Positions 22,801 through 36,597 of a stretch of 64,000 bases of DNA are shown here, piece after piece. This DNA is from Podarcis bocagei (lineage: Eukaryota): assembly GCA_964188305.1 (NCBI GenBank), contig OZ076900.1; one strand, 5' to 3'. Below the pieces are notes generated by a model, which searched no databases, was not told the DNA's origin, and was given only the letters and a program-made list of their open reading frames with translations. Each line of letters opens with the position of its first letter. Position 1 is the first letter of the stretch. Both the position numbers and the translations under genes were made by a program.

Positions 22801-25800
22801 TAAGTAGTATGAGTTGTTGGCATGTAACCCTGTTCATTCTACATATCTCCGTTCATATTTCAGACACAGACATGGTGCTGTATTGGTATACATCGCGATG
22901 ACATATCACAATGTTGAAAAGGAAGACATCGCTCAGCCCTCCTTGCAAAATTGAGAAGATCCTCTTGGGGGCGCCAAATTGGCCGCCATTTTAGGAAAGA
23001 TTAAAAACTGGGTCCATTTTGTGTGGCTGTTGGAAGAGGGCGGCGCTTGAGGTGCTTCCAAGGGCCTGGCACCGCCATATTGAAGCCGGAAGCCTATTAA
23101 GGGTTTGCCCACACAAAGGTGGGAAGATGCATACTTGAGAAGATCCACTTGGGGGCGCCAAATCCTAGCTTCCCACAGGCCGCAGCCATATTAGGAAAGA
23201 TTACAAGGTGCATCCATTTTGTGTGGCTGTTGGAATGCGATGCTAGGGCTCTTGGAGGCTGCTCCAGCCCTGGCACTGCCTTCCTGAAGCTGGAAGTCTA
23301 ATGACTGCTTGCCCAGTTTTGAGAAGAAGCGAAGGGCTCTAGGAGGTTGCCAGAGCCCTGCAGTTTCCTTCCCAGAGCCAGACTGCAGCCTTCAGTTTTT
23401 ATGCAAAAGGCACCCTGCCAAGGTGACACAAAATTTGGTGGCTCTTGCAAGAGGAGGAAGCCTTTTCTGCCTCCCCTGCCAAAAACCTGGTATGTTGCTG
23501 TGGCTTGCATGGCAGCCTCCACTACTCTGATGGAAAAATAAACGGGGGTTATTTAATTTGGGGTTTAAACCTCTTTCCTCACTTTGCCCCCCATCTGTCT
23601 CCTTCATCTGTTAGGGAACATTCCCTCATCTTATCTTTGACATCCGTGCTACTGATTTCTTCCACAGATTTTATTTTAGAGAAAAGTTGCAGATTTAAGA
23701 AATGTTGGTAATATGAAATCACAGTTGTAATAATTTCTTAAGTGTAAGTAAAAGTAAATACGTTTTAGACCCCTAACTAATATGAGTTGCCGGCACGTAA
23801 CTCTGTTCGTTCTACATATCTCCGTTCATATTTCAGACACGGACATGGTGCTGTATCGGTATATATATCACGATGACATATCACAATGTTGAAAAGGAAG
23901 ACATTGCTCAGCCCTCCTTGCAAAATTGAGAAGATCCTCTTGGGGGCGCCAAATTGGCCGCCATTTTAGGAAAGATTAAAAACTGGGTCCATTTTGTGTG
24001 GCTGTTGGAAGAGGGCGGCGCTTGAGGTGCTTCCAAGGGCCTGGCACCGCCATATTGAAGCCGGAAGTCTATTAAGGGCTTGCCCACACAAAGGTGGGAA
24101 GATGCATACTTGAGAAGATCCACTTGGGGGTGCCAAATCCTAGCTTCCCACAGGCCGCAGCCATATTAGGAAAGATTACAAGGTGCATCCATTTTGTGTG
24201 GCTGTTGGAATGCGATGCTAGGGCTCTTGGAGGCTGCTCCAGCCCTGGCACTGCCTTCCTGAAGCTGGAAGTCTAATGACTGCTTGCCCAGTTTTGAGAA
24301 GAAGCGAAGGGCTCTAGGAGGTTGCCAGAGCCCTGCAGTTTCCTTCCCAGAGCCAGACTGCAGCCTGCAGTTTTTATGCAAAAGGCACCCTGCCAAGGTG
24401 ACACAAAATTTGGTGGCTCTTGCAAGAGGAGGAAGCCTTTTCTGCCTCCCCTGCCAAAAACCTGGCATGTTGCTGTGGCTCGCATGGCAGCCTCCACTAC
24501 TCTGATGGAAAAATAAATGGGGGTTATTTAATTTGGGGTTTAAACCTCTTTCCTCACTTTGCCCCCCCCCATCTGTCTCCTTCATCTCTGTTAGGGAACA
24601 TTCTCTCATCTTATCTTTGACATCCGTGCTGCTGATTTCTTCCACAGATTTTATTTTAGAGAAAAGGTGCAGATTTAAGAACTGTTGGTAATATGAAATC
24701 ACAGTTGTAATAATTTCTTAAGTGTAAGTAAAAATAAATACGTTTTAGACCCCTAACTGATATGAGTTGCCGGCATGTAACTCTGTTCGTTCTACATATC
24801 TCCGTTCATATTTCAGACACGGACATGGTGCTGTATCGGTATATATATCACGATGACATATCACAATGTTGAAAAGGAAGACATTGCTCAGCCCTCCTTG
24901 CAAAATTGAGAAGATCCTCTTGGGGGCGCCAAATTGGCCGCCATTTTAGGAAAGATTAAAAACTGGGTCCATTTTGTGTGGCTGTTGGAAGAGGGCGGCG
25001 TGAGGTGCTTCCAAGGGCCTGGCACCGCCATATTGAAGCCGGAAGCCTATTAAGGGCTTGCCCACACAAAGGTGGGAAGATGCATACTTTAGAATATCCA
25101 CTTGGGGGTGCCAAATCCTAGCTTCCCACAGGCCGCAGCCATATTAGGAAAGATTACAAGGTGCATCCATTTTGTGTGGCTGTTGGAATGCGATGCTAGG
25201 GCTCTTGGAGGCTGCTCCAGCCCTGGCACTGCCTTCCTGAAGCTGGAAGTCTAGTAACTGCTTGCCCAGTTTTGGGAAGCAGGGAAGGGCTCTGGGGTGC
25301 TGCCAGAGCCCTCCAGTTTTCTTCCCAAAAGCAAATTGGAGCCTGCAGTTTTTAAGCAAGAGTCACCCTGCCTGGGTGGCACAAAATTTGGGGCTGTTGC
25401 ATGAGCAGGAAGCCTTTTCTGCCTCCCCTCCCCAAAGCCTGGCATGTTACTGTGGCTCGCTTGGCAGCCTCCACTACTCTGGTAGAAAAATAAACTGGAG
25501 TTATTTAATGCTGAGTTTAAAACAATAAAAATAATTCTTGCCCTATTTAATCCTCTTTCTTCCTGTTGTCTCCCCCCCCCCCCCCGCAATCTGTGTCTCC
25601 CTCATCTCTGTTAGGGAGCTTTCTCTCACCTTACCTTTGACATCTACGCTGATAATTTTTTCTACAGCTTTTATTTTAGAGAGAATGTATTATTTTATAA
25701 ATTATTGGTAATATAAAATCACAGTTGTAACAATTTCTTAAGTGTATTTTAAAATGAATAAGTTTTAGACCCCTAATTAGTATGAGTTGCCGGCACGTAA

Positions 25801-27265
25801 CCCTGTTCGTCTCTACATATCTCTGTTCATATTTCAGACACGGACATGGTGCTGTATCGGTATATATTGCGATGACATATCACAATGTTGAAAAGCAAGA
25901 TATCGCTCAGCCCTCCTTGCAAAATTGAGAAGATCCTCTTGGGGGCGCCAAATTGGCCGCCATTTTAGGAAAGATTACAAAGTGCATCCATTTTGTGTGG
26001 CTGTTGGAAGAGGGCGGCGCTTGAGGTGCTTCCAAGGGCCTGGCACCGCCATATTGCAGCCGAAAGCCTATTAAGGGCTTGCCCACACAAAGGTGAGAAG
26101 ATGCATTCTTGAGAAGATCCACTTGGGGGCGCCAAATCCTAGCTTCCCACAGGCCACAGCCATATTAGGAAATATTACAAGGTGCATCTATTTTGTGTGG
26201 CTGTTGGAAGAGGGTGGCACTAGGGGTGCTTCCAAAGGCCTGGCACCACCATACTGAAGCCGGAAGCCTATTAAGGGCTTGCCCACACAAAGGTGAGAAG
26301 ATGCATACTTGAGAAGATCCACTTGGGGCGGCAAAGCTTCCCATAGACTGCAGCCATTTTAGGAAAGATTACAAAGTGCATCCATTTTGTGTGGCTGTTG
26401 GAGGGTGGTGCTAGAGCCCTGGCACCGCCTCCCGAAAGTGGAAAGTCCAGTAAATGCTTGCCTAGCTGTGGGAAGGAGGGAAGGGCTCTAGGGTGCTACC
26501 AGAGCCCTGGAGTTCCCTTCCCAGAGCCAGAGCAGTATGGGCAGTTTTTCTGCACAGGGTGCCCAGCTGAGGTGGCACAAAATTTTAAGGATCCTTTTTA
26601 TCTGCCCTTGGAAGGGCAACACAAGGACTTTGGGAAACTGCCAGAGCCCGAACAGAACCTTCCCACAGCTGAGTAAAACAAATGCAATTGCAGCTTTGCT
26701 GTAGTGCAGAGCTTTCCAAACTGTGTGTCGCAATGCGTAATTGTGTCCTGCCACCCGAACACTCGCCCCCCCTTTTTCCTGGGGGGTGGAAAGGGATTCA
26801 TTTAACCTGCAGTTTGCTACTGTGTCTCAAAATGATGTATGTCTAAAAAATGTGTCCCAGACATGAAAACTTTGGAAATCAGTGTGTGTGTGTTTGTGTG
26901 TGTGTGCACGTGCTCTATTTATTTACTTCCCTAAACTGGGGTTATTTCAAAAAAATAACCCTTGCCTGGTTTTTTAAGCCTCATTCCTCCCTTGTCCCCT
27001 TCCTTCTGTGTGTCTCCCTTGTGTCTCTTAGGAAATATTCTCCCACTTTAACTTTGATATCCAGGCTACTAATTACTTACACAGGTTTGATTTTAGAGAA
27101 AAAGTCTGAATTTTAAAATTATCTGTACCATAAAATAAAGGTTGTAACAATATGTTAAAGGTAAGTACGATTTTATGAATTTTAGATCCCTAAGTAATAG
27201 CAGTTCCCAGCACATCATCTCTTCCATTCGCCTCTGCATAGTCCCATCCTTATTTTAACCAGTGT

Positions 27266-27580
27266 TTTGTTGTTTAGTCGTGTCCGACTCTTCGTGACCC
27301 CATGGACCAGAGCACGCCAGGCACTCCTGTCTTCCACTGCCTCCCGCAATTTGGTCAAACCCATGTTGGTAGCTTCGAGAACACTGTCCAACCATCTCAT
27401 CCTCTGTCATCCCCTTCTTGTGCCCTCAATCTTTCCCAATATCAGGGTCTTTTTCAGGGAGTCTTCTCATGAGGTGGCCAAAGTATTAGAGCCTCAGTTT
27501 CAGGATCTGTCCTTCCAGTGCACACTCAGGGCTGATTTCCTTAAGAATTGATAGGTTTGGTCTTCTTGCAGTCTGTGGAC
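27266..27580 (-). mobile_element. BovB/RTE LINE 3' fragment
   Basis: Translates to MRWLDSVLEATNMGLTKLREAVEDRSAWRALVHGVTKSRTRL, the RTE-BovB RT C-terminus; (CAA)-type tail. Confidence 0.88.
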
Positions 27581-27924
27581 AGTGTGTTGCATCAGTATAT
27601 TGCCATGTTTAACTAGTGACATATCATTATGTTGAAATCGCTCAGCCCTAGTTGCAAAATTAGGAAGTTCCACTTGGGGGCAGCCATTTCAGGAAAGATT
27701 CTGGGATGCTGCCAAAGTCCTGGCATGGCCTTCCTGAAGCTGGAAGCCTTGTAAGGGCTTGCCCACACAAAGGTGAGAAGATCCACTTGAGGGTGCCAAA
27801 TATTGGCCTCCCAGAGGCTGCCACTTTAGGAAAGATTACAAAGTGCATCCATTTCGTGTGGCTGTTGGAGGTGAATAGCATGCCAGAGCCCTGGCACCAC
27901 CTTCACCAAGTGCGAAATCTAGTA

Positions 27925-28157
27925 CAGTGGTACCTTGGGTTAAGTACTTAATTTGTTCCGGAGGTCCGTACTTAACCTGAAACTGTTCTTAACCTGAAGC
28001 ACCACTTTAGCTAATGGGGCCTCCTGCTGCCGCCACGCTGCCGGAGCACGATTTCTGAAGCATCTTCTAATCTTGAAGCAAAGTTCTTAACCTGAGGTAC
28101 TATTTTTGGGTTAGCGGAGTCTGTAACCTGAAGCGTATGTAACCTGAGGTACCACTG
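27925..28157. mobile_element. Same Tc1/mariner-type MITE, inserted into the satellite
   Basis: ta|cagtggtacc ... ggtaccactg|ta interrupts the satellite motif tctagta|cttgcttg. Confidence 0.85.
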
Positions 28158-28741
28158 TACTTGCTTGCCCAGGTTTGGGCAGGAGAGAAGGGCTCTAGGA
28201 CACTGCCAGAGCCTTGGACTTCCCTACCCAGAACCAGAGCACTGCTCAGGTCGCCCAGCCAAGGTGGCACAAAATTGAGAAGATCCATATTGTCTGCCTT
28301 TTGAAGCATGGCACAAGGGTTCTGGGGTGCTGCCGGAGCCCCTGACACAACTAAACCTTATGAGATTGCAACTTTGCAAGTGGGGGGGATAAATGAATGG
28401 AGAGTGGAATTTGTAACCCCTGGTTATAAACTGGGGTTATTAAAAGAAAATAAACTTTGTGCTCTTTCCTCCACTCTGCCCCTCTGTGTGTGTATGTCTC
28501 TGTGTCTTCCTCCTGTCTGTTAGGGAGCATTCTCTCACCTTACATTTGATATCTGTGTTACTAATACTAATAAACTCTATTAAACTCAAAAATAACAGTT
28601 GTAAGAAAATCGTAAGGGTAAGTAAAAATGTAGAAGTCTTAGATTCTTAAGCAGCAGCAGATGCTAGCACAGGACTCTGTTGAACTCTACATCATTTTCA
28701 TCAAGAGCTCGGGAAACAGCTTAGCTCCCCTACCTTTTAAA

Positions 28742-28747
<6 letters not shown>

Positions 28748-28795
<48 letters not shown>
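28748..28795. repeat. (TA)n microsatellite; others are (TTC)n ~3996-4027, (CA)n ~12560-12614, (CT)n ~35142-35189, (GT)n ~35539-35588, 46112-46151 and 56718-56757
   Basis: Directly visible. Confidence 0.9.
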
Positions 28796-28797
<2 letters not shown>

Positions 28798-30569
28798 CGG
28801 GGGGGGGGGGCTGTAATGGATATACACCCAGCACCTGAGCCAAACATCCACCTGTATCTGTAATCAATAATGTTGTGGCCATTTCCAATCCAGATCGTTT
28901 GGTTGAATTTATTAATCACATCTTCATTTATACATGGGTGCTGGGGGTGCCAATGCAACTGAGTCTGCAATAAATATACAAAAAGACAAGTTTCCCCAGT
29001 TTCCCCCTCCCCCCAAAAATGCTTTGGTTCTATCCTTATTTCAGACATGCTGTCACTGCCTTCCCAAAGCAGAAGTCTAGTACTTGTTTGCGCAGCATTG
29101 CGGAGGAGGGAGCTGTTCAAGGACACTGCCAGAGCCCTGCAGTTTCCTTCCTAGAGCCAGATCAGTGCCAGTGGGGTGTTTGCTTGTATTTCTGTGTTTC
29201 CCTCCTGTCTTTTATGGAACATTCTTTCACCTTACCTTTGGTATCTATGCCAGTAATTACTTTCACAGCTTTTTTTCCCCCTTAGGGAAAAGGTACTATT
29301 TAAAAAATTATCTGTACGATAAAATAACAGTTGTAACAATATTTTAAGGGTAAATAATTTGTAAGTTTTACACCCCCACGTAGTAGGTAAAAGGTAAAGG
29401 CAAAGGACCCCTGGATGGTTATGTCCTGTCATTATTGACTACGGGGTTCGCCTCCATATATTTATCTACTTGCCCTGATATGCTTTTGAACCACGGACCT
29501 TGCCGAACTGCACCTGCTTCCCTGTTTGCCTCTATATAGCTTTATCCAGGGGTTCTGAGTAGGAACTTGAGGAAATTCAGTTTTGCTGCCTTTTTAAAAT
29601 TCAATATTTTTTTTTTGTCAGGCAGGGTGGGGTTGGAATGGATATACACCCAATGCCTGATCCAAAAATCCACCTGTATCTGTAATAAAAAAAGATGTGG
29701 CCATTTCCAATCCAGATCATTGTCCACTTGCGTTTATTAATCCCATCTTACATTTAGCCACTGAGGGTGCTGCGTGGTGGCACTGCAATAGAAAAACTTG
29801 GTGGTGAGTTCCCCCACCTATTTTTCCAGAAAGAATGCACTGTTTCCATCCTTATTTCAGACATGCTGTTATATCAATATATCGCAATGTTTAGCTGGTG
29901 ACATATCACAATGTTGAAAAGCAGACATCGCCCAGCCCTCATTGCAGCCCCTTTCCTTTCTGACCTCCATTTATGTAGGATGCTCATTTTAGTCTCTCAA
30001 TCTTCCTGTCTTTTCAAGAAGCAGAACCTCATATATGATATAATGCATTGCAAACAGGACCTGTTACACGTAGGACCTGCATTCGTTGTAGGGTATATTC
30101 CTCTGGAGGTACTTTTACATAGTGCTATGCTATAGCAGTTATTCAAGATCTGAGGTGCTGCAAAATTTAGAAGATCCACTTGGGGGCACCAAAAATATTG
30201 GTCTAACATAGCCTGCCATTTTAGGAAAGATTACAAAGTGCGTCCATTTTGTGTGGCTGTTGGAGGGTGGCACAGAGCCATGCGCCGCCTTTCCAAAGCC
30301 GGAGGTCTATAAAGTTATTGCCCATCTTTGGGGAGGAGTGAACGGCTCTAGGACCCTGCCAGAGCTGACACAGAAAACCTCACACATACACTATGTAAAT
30401 GAATTAAAGTTTACTACCTTCTTCTTTCCCCCTCCCAATCTATCTCTCCACCCCTCCACCCCACCGTATAATTGTATTCATTCTGAATATTGCATACACC
30501 TCAACTAACAAAACAAAACACGAGGGGGAGGACACACTACTGTACTAGGCTCCAAAATTATTTATGGAA

Positions 30570-30960
30570 GTGTTCAAAATGATGAGTTTAAATCTCACAC
30601 CTCCAGACTTATTACAATGCCTTTCAACTAATCCATTTGATTCACAGACCAAAGGGCAAATATAGAAATTTCAGATCCGGTATAAAAATCATATCATTGT
30701 GGGATGACTTTGTGGTCCAGGAGACCATTGAAATCAGTTTCTGCATAAATTAGGGAATCCTCATTAAAACTTCTGCTTAGGTGGCGCTATACACTGGTCA
30801 TGCTATCCGGAATATTTAAGGAAGCTGATCCTAATTTTCGGAGGGGTTGCACAGTCAAAGCCACATATTTCCATATGTGGTGGTTTTGTGACATCACCAA
30901 ACCTTTTCAGAGTTGTGTCTTCAAAGAAATAGCTTGTTATATAACAAAACAAATCAACCA
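30570..30960 (+). mobile_element. Decayed L1-clade ORF2 C-terminal fragment
   Basis: Relic of the KLLLRW.YT and TYFHMWWFC motifs; frame disrupted. Confidence 0.55.
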
Positions 30961-31491
30961 ATCTCCTTTATTGGCATAGAAAAAGTGCATCATATACATG
31001 GATCAGAACACAACACAGTTAACAAAACATAGTAGAAGATAGTTTAGGACAAACCTGTCCCGACATCGTGAGATTCATAGCATCACTCAAAAATATTTCC
31101 ACATTACCCACAATCTACAATTGTTCAGCAGATACGACACCCTGGAAGAATCAGTGCAATAAATCCCGTCCTTCAATAAGGGGGCCAAATACTTATCATA
31201 TATTTTTGCATAGAATGGGAAATAAAACAAAACGTGTGTGATGGATTCGACCTGTTTTGTGCCAAAACGGCAGTACTGTATCTTTCAGAGTAGGGGATTT
31301 TCTAAAATCTACCTTGCAAAACTGCAGATAGTAAGACGTTGAATCTTGCGAGGGAAATTGTAAAGCTGGTGTAAATATGGCATGTCCTGGCCCAAATGAG
31401 GGTGGAATTATATATAACAAAACAATTGAAATGTCTCCTGCACTAGCACTACTTGGGCTTATGATCCCACCCGCTCAAGACTACCCTAATA

Positions 31492-31733
31492 CAGTGGTAC
31501 CTCAGGTTAAGAACTTAATTCGTTCTGGAGGACCGTTCTTAACCTGAAACTGTTCTTAACCTGAAGCACCACTTTAGCTAATGGGGCCTCCTGCTGCCGT
31601 CATACCACCGCCATGCAATTTCTGTTCTCATCCTGAAGCAAAGTTCTTAAACCAAGGTACTATTTCTGGGCTAGCGGAGTCTGTAACATGAAGCATCTGT
31701 AACCTGAAGCGTATGTAACCCGAGGTACCACCG
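31492..31733. mobile_element. Same Tc1/mariner-type MITE
   Basis: TIRs and TA TSD. Confidence 0.85.
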
Positions 31734-31831
31734 TAATTAGCCATTCTTTTGACAGCTGGCTATATGGAGATAGCCAGATGTTGGAAAACTGGTGTTGGAA
31801 TGAAGACTGATTCTTGGTGTACCAGAGTATG

Positions 31832-31832
<1 letters not shown>

Positions 31833-31892
<60 letters not shown>

Positions 31893-32200
31893 GGACATGC
31901 CCATTTGGCTGGGTTTCCCCAGCCACTCTGGGAGGCTTCCAGCAGGATATAAAAGCATAATAAATCATCAAATAAAAAAACTTCCCAATACAGGACTGCC
32001 TTCAGAGGACTTCTAAAAATTGTGTAGTTCTTTATCTCCTTTACATCTGAAGGGAGGGCATTCCACAGGGAGGGTGCTACCGCTGAGGCGGCCCTTTGCC
32101 AGGTTCCCTGTAACTTCACTTCTCACAGTGAGGAAACCGCCAGAAGACCCTAGGAGGACCTCAGTGTCCGGGATGAATGATGGGGCTGGAAACGCTCCTT
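31833..32200 (-). mobile_element. L2/CR1-clade LINE 3' fragment ending in a (TAA)n microsatellite
   Basis: SAVAPSLWNALP relic typical of L2 RT C-terminus; (TAA)n at 31833-31892. Confidence 0.65.
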
Positions 32201-32709
32201 CAGTCACACTGGCAGAGAAACAACATGTCAGGGCCAAGTAGCAAACACAATCCCTATTCCTTTCATAACATAGGACAAATGTTTATTGAACACATAAATT
32301 GTTCTGACTGTGGCAGGAATCCACCCAACACTCATGGGAAAATGTGGCATGATTTTTTTTGGAGCAATCAAATGCAACTTTTTTACATAGCATGACGAAA
32401 GTCTGTAATTTTATCAGGACAAGTTATTTGTTGTTTACTGTTGGAAATTGTTTTCTCAAAATGTATCTTCTGTACCATGAAACATAAATGAAAACATTAT
32501 TTAAAAGAAAGAAAGAAATCTAACTGTGAAATGGAAAGAAAAAGGCTTAGAGAAAACTTAGTCAAGTTAATTCACAGATGGCAGATGGCATCTAAACACC
32601 CTTAAGACATTTACATAGACAAAACATATTTGCCAGCATACTGGAGAGATGCAGAGCAACTGGTACAACATTCCCTACAAGGTGGACATTATGGGGAGGA
32701 ATATTCACT

Positions 32710-32953
32710 GAAGCCTCCTGCCAACCTAGCAGTTCAAAAGCACGTCAAAGTGCAAGTCAATAAATAGGTACCACTCCGGCGGGAAGGTAAACGGTGTTTC
32801 CGTACGCTGCTCTGGTTTGCCAGAAGCGGCTTAGTCATGCTGGCCACAGGACCCGGAAGCTGTACGCCAGCTCCCTCGGCCAATAAAGCGAGATGAGCGC
32901 CACAACCCCAGAGTCAGCCACGACTGGACCTAATGGTCAGGGGTCCCTTTACC
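32710..32953 (-). mobile_element. Sauria SINE (opposite orientation to the copy at 2322); further fragments at ~29385-29450 and ~34640-34718
   Basis: Reverse-complement match to the 2322-2600 element. Confidence 0.75.
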
Positions 32954-33017
32954 TATTCACTGAAGCAATATTAGAAATCAGAAAGTGCTGTGTAATCAAA
33001 GTTTGGGTTATTAACAA

Positions 33018-34146
33018 TTTTTTATAAGATATTTATTAAGATTTTCAAAGTATTACAAAATAAAAATGAAAAGAAAAAGAATTTTTTAAAAAAAAATGGT
33101 TAAAATCAACTCCATCTTTCCATTACTTATTTTTCATTAGCTTGTTTCCCAGACCTCCTCACGCCTCCCTTTATTGTATTCCAATTCGGTTTGTTGGTTC
33201 AGCAAATCCCTACCCTCTTTGTTTATCCTGGTCTTTAATTTTAAAATATTATGACATTAAATTTTTACCTAAATAATCCATTTTTCATATTCCCTTATAA
33301 TATTACAGCTGAAAACCGCTTAATTTCTATCCAACATCATTCTAACATTCATCAATTTTACAATATTTCTGTAGATAGTCTTTAAATTTCTTCCAATCTT
33401 CTTCCACCGACTCTTCTCCCTGGTCTCGGATTCTGCAAGTCATTTCCGCCAGTTCCATATAGTCCATCACCTTCATCTGCCATTCTTCCAGAGTAGGTAG
33501 ATCTTGTGTCTTCCAATACTTTGCAATGAGTATTCTTGCTGCTGTTGTAGCATACATAAAAAAAGTTCTGTCCTTCTTTGGCACCAATTGGCCGACTATG
33601 CCCAGGAGAAAGGCCTCTGGTTTCTTCAAGAAGGTATATTTAAATACCTTTTTCATTTCATTATATATCATCTGCCAGAAAGCCTTAATCCTTGGGCATG
33701 TCCACCAAAGGTGAAAGAATGTACCTTCAGTTTCTTTACATTTCCAATATTTATTATCGGGCAAATGATAGATTCTTGCAAGCTTGACTGGGGTCATGTA
33801 CCACCTGTATATCATTTTCATAATATTCTCTCTTAAGGCATTGCATGCTGTAAACTTCATACCTGTGGTCCATAACTGTTCCCAGTCAGCAAACATAATG
33901 TTATGTCCAACATCTTGTGCCCATTTAATCATAGCAGATTTCACCGTTTCATCCTGAGTATTCCATTTCAACAGCAAGTTATACATCTTTGACAAAATCT
34001 TAGTTTTGGGTTCTAACAGTTCTGTTTCTACTTTTGATTTTTCCACCTGGAAACCAATTTTCTTGTCCAAATTATATGCCTCCATTATCTGATAGTAGTG
34101 AAGCCAATTTCGCACTTTGTTTTTTAGTTTCTCAAAACTCTGCAAT
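33018..34146 (-). mobile_element. 5'-truncated L1/Tx1-clade LINE, ORF2 C-terminus and 3'UTR
   Basis: ORF 33342..34145 with YRWYMTP..L and WKC....GTFFHLWWTC zinc-knuckle region typical of L1-clade ORF2; AATAAA and A-tail near 33020-33040. Confidence 0.88.
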
Positions 34147-35135
34147 TTCAGTCTATCTGGGTTATTAACAATTTTTAAGGAAGACCAACTTGCTTTGTTA
34201 TATAAGGATCATTATTTTCCTTCTGGTGGCAACACTATTACTTATAGCACAGAATTGGAAGAAACATCTGCATATCACACCATGGAGAGAGAATGTAAGA
34301 ACAATTACCCTAACTGAAAAACTAATGAAGAGGGTACATGCATTGAACAATACAGCTGATGCAGACATTTTATTTGGTATCTCATCATAAAATATTCAAA
34401 TGAACATCTTGATGACAGGCAGCCACCGACCACACACATGGACGTATGGCAAAATCTTATATATACGGTATATGGTAAGTCTTCTGTTCAGGGGTGGGAG
34501 GATGGAGAATGAGGAAAACTTACTGTTTTGTTTATACATTTTGAAAATCATTTAAAAATTATTATGTTTAATAAAATAATAGTTCGCAACTGTTTGTCGC
34601 AGATAGTCAAATTACAATGGAATAAATAGAACTGGCTCCTTCGGCCTGTAAAGCGAGATGAGCGCCGCAATCCCAGAGTTGTCTGCGACTGGACTTAACT
34701 GTCATGGGTCCTTTACCTTTTTTCTTTTTTTACTAAAGCCCTGTCTCTTCGAGTCTTCATTCCAGATGTCCAGGCAGTGAAATGACTTCCTTTATTGTAG
34801 AACCATCAATCCCTCTTGATTCATTTACATCAGGAGTAGGAACTCTACCAATGCATCAGTAGATGCTGGCCAATCCGCAGGTATCCCTCTAGTCTGAATT
34901 AACATAAGCCCCACTATGTGTAAATCTCCAGATTTCCCAACAAATAATTAACACAGATCTAGATCTGTACTCTGTTGAATGTATTTTGATACCATTATGT
35001 TGGGCCTCCTTGGTTTGTAGCTCTTGGACAGGGCTGCTATATTCCGAAAGGTAAAAACCAGGACATCACGAAAGTTGTTGAGCATTTTTTAGCAGAAACG
35101 CCAAAATAAGCCCACGACAGTAGTCCTGGAATAGG

Positions 35136-35194
<59 letters not shown>

Positions 35195-35536
35195 AGCATA
35201 CTTATGTAAGAGATACTTATGTATTTTTTGCACAATGCCCAGAAACACCTTAAGCCACCCAAGCTTTGCCCCTTTTGTGTAAACACCTTTGCCTGTGGAC
35301 TAGGAACTCCTTCCCGACCACCTTCCCAAAGCCTGCCTGATTTTGACAAGGCTGCCTAAGGGATCCTACGATGTTGACGCAGCCCCAGCTGGCACCGCGT
35401 TCCCAGAGAGTCAGGCTTCCTGGCACAGCGGAGATCTGGCCGGGAGGGAGGAGTCTCGGGAGGAAAGGTAGCGGCAGGGCACAGCATTTTTTGCGTTTCC
35501 TAAAACATCCCCCTGGTTGCTACGTATTTTCGTATC

Positions 35537-35591
<55 letters not shown>

Positions 35592-36402
35592 GGAAAATCC
35601 GGACATATGGCAGCCGCGCTCTCGGGCTGCTTTACTCTTGTTGCATATCTATATTTCCTCTTTTCACACTACTCCCCCCGAAAACCGCTCTCTAGCACTC
35701 AGTTGGAGCAAACAGCGAGGACCTGAGCAAGGAGAACGCCATCCCATTCTTACCTAATGTTGAGATATCATACACAATATGTAATTGGTTCATGCTCTGT
35801 CCAAGCAAACTAGAAATGGTGAGCAGGGTTAGGGGTTGGGGTTGTCCTCATATAGTCCTTCTGTTTTTTCCTTCCTTTCTTTCAATGACCAATGTATGAA
35901 TACAAGCTGCTAGAGCAACCCTTTGCCAACAAATATCCCACAGGAAGATTTGGAGGTGCCAAGAGTCCAGTAACAGAGTCCTCTGTCAAATGTCCAAACC
36001 CCTAGGGACCCGAAAAACTTTTATGTCTTGAACCATCATGTGATCTTTGGATGAAAGGCTGTATTAAAAAAATTAATTAATTAATTAAAGTAGTAATAAA
36101 CTGCAATCAAATCTGAAACAGTCTGGAGTCTGGAAAAAAACATATGGATCAAAAGGTATGGAAGGAAAAATGCCTGACCAAGAATCAGCAGTAAAGGGGT
36201 AGATAAAAATGGATTGCCTGTTTCCTCCCCATCCCAAGGATTAACAGTATTCCGTCTTGGTCAGCTAGGAACACCTCTCTGTAATGTTTCTACCCCTTGT
36301 AAAAGTTGTTCCTAACCTAACGTTATCTAAATATTATAAATAAATAAATAAATAAATAAATAAACACACACACACATACATACATACATACATACATACA
36401 TA

Positions 36403-36597
36403 CAGTGGTACCTCGGGTTAAGAACTTAATTCGATCCAGAGGTCCGTTCTTAACCTGAAACTGTCTTAATATGAAGCACCACTTTAGCTAATGGGGCCTC
36501 CCGCTGCCGCCGCGCCACCACCGCACAACTTCTGTTCTCATCCTGAAGCAACGTTCTTAACCCAAGGTACTATTTCTGGGTACCCGAGGTACCACTG
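36403..36597. mobile_element. Same MITE within the 10.6 kb unit (also 38203-38426 and a related truncated copy from 38951; all repeated in units 2 and 3)
   Basis: TIR cagtggtacctc / gaggtaccactg, TA flanks. Confidence 0.8.

Larger units (their letters stand above)
18595..30365. repeat. Complex satellite: ~975-1020 bp higher-order tandem repeat with ~185 bp internal subrepeats; homogeneous core ~22.6-26.4 kb, diverged flanks
   Basis: Marker gacatatcacaatgttgaaaa recurs at ~19290, 20927, 21743, 22900, 23876, 24855, 25875, 27618, 29900; ORFs repeat at +975; the motif gagaagatcc...aggaaagattacaaagtgcatccattttgtgtggctgttgg occurs 2-3 times per unit. Confidence 0.9.

Noticed and set aside
22933-26122. 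Repeated 60-178 aa ORFs suggesting a tandem small-gene family
   Set aside because: They come from the satellite unit; frames are not preserved in diverged units and there are no splice or domain signatures.
18595-30365. CRISPR-like or other prokaryotic repeat-spacer array
   Set aside because: The context is eukaryotic and the whole unit is repeated, with no unique spacers.
35824-35843. gggttaggggttggggttg upstream of each TRF2-like copy, as a possible autoregulatory telomeric site or G-quadruplex
   Set aside because: It has only one true TTAGGG and three G-tracts, which is expected by chance.
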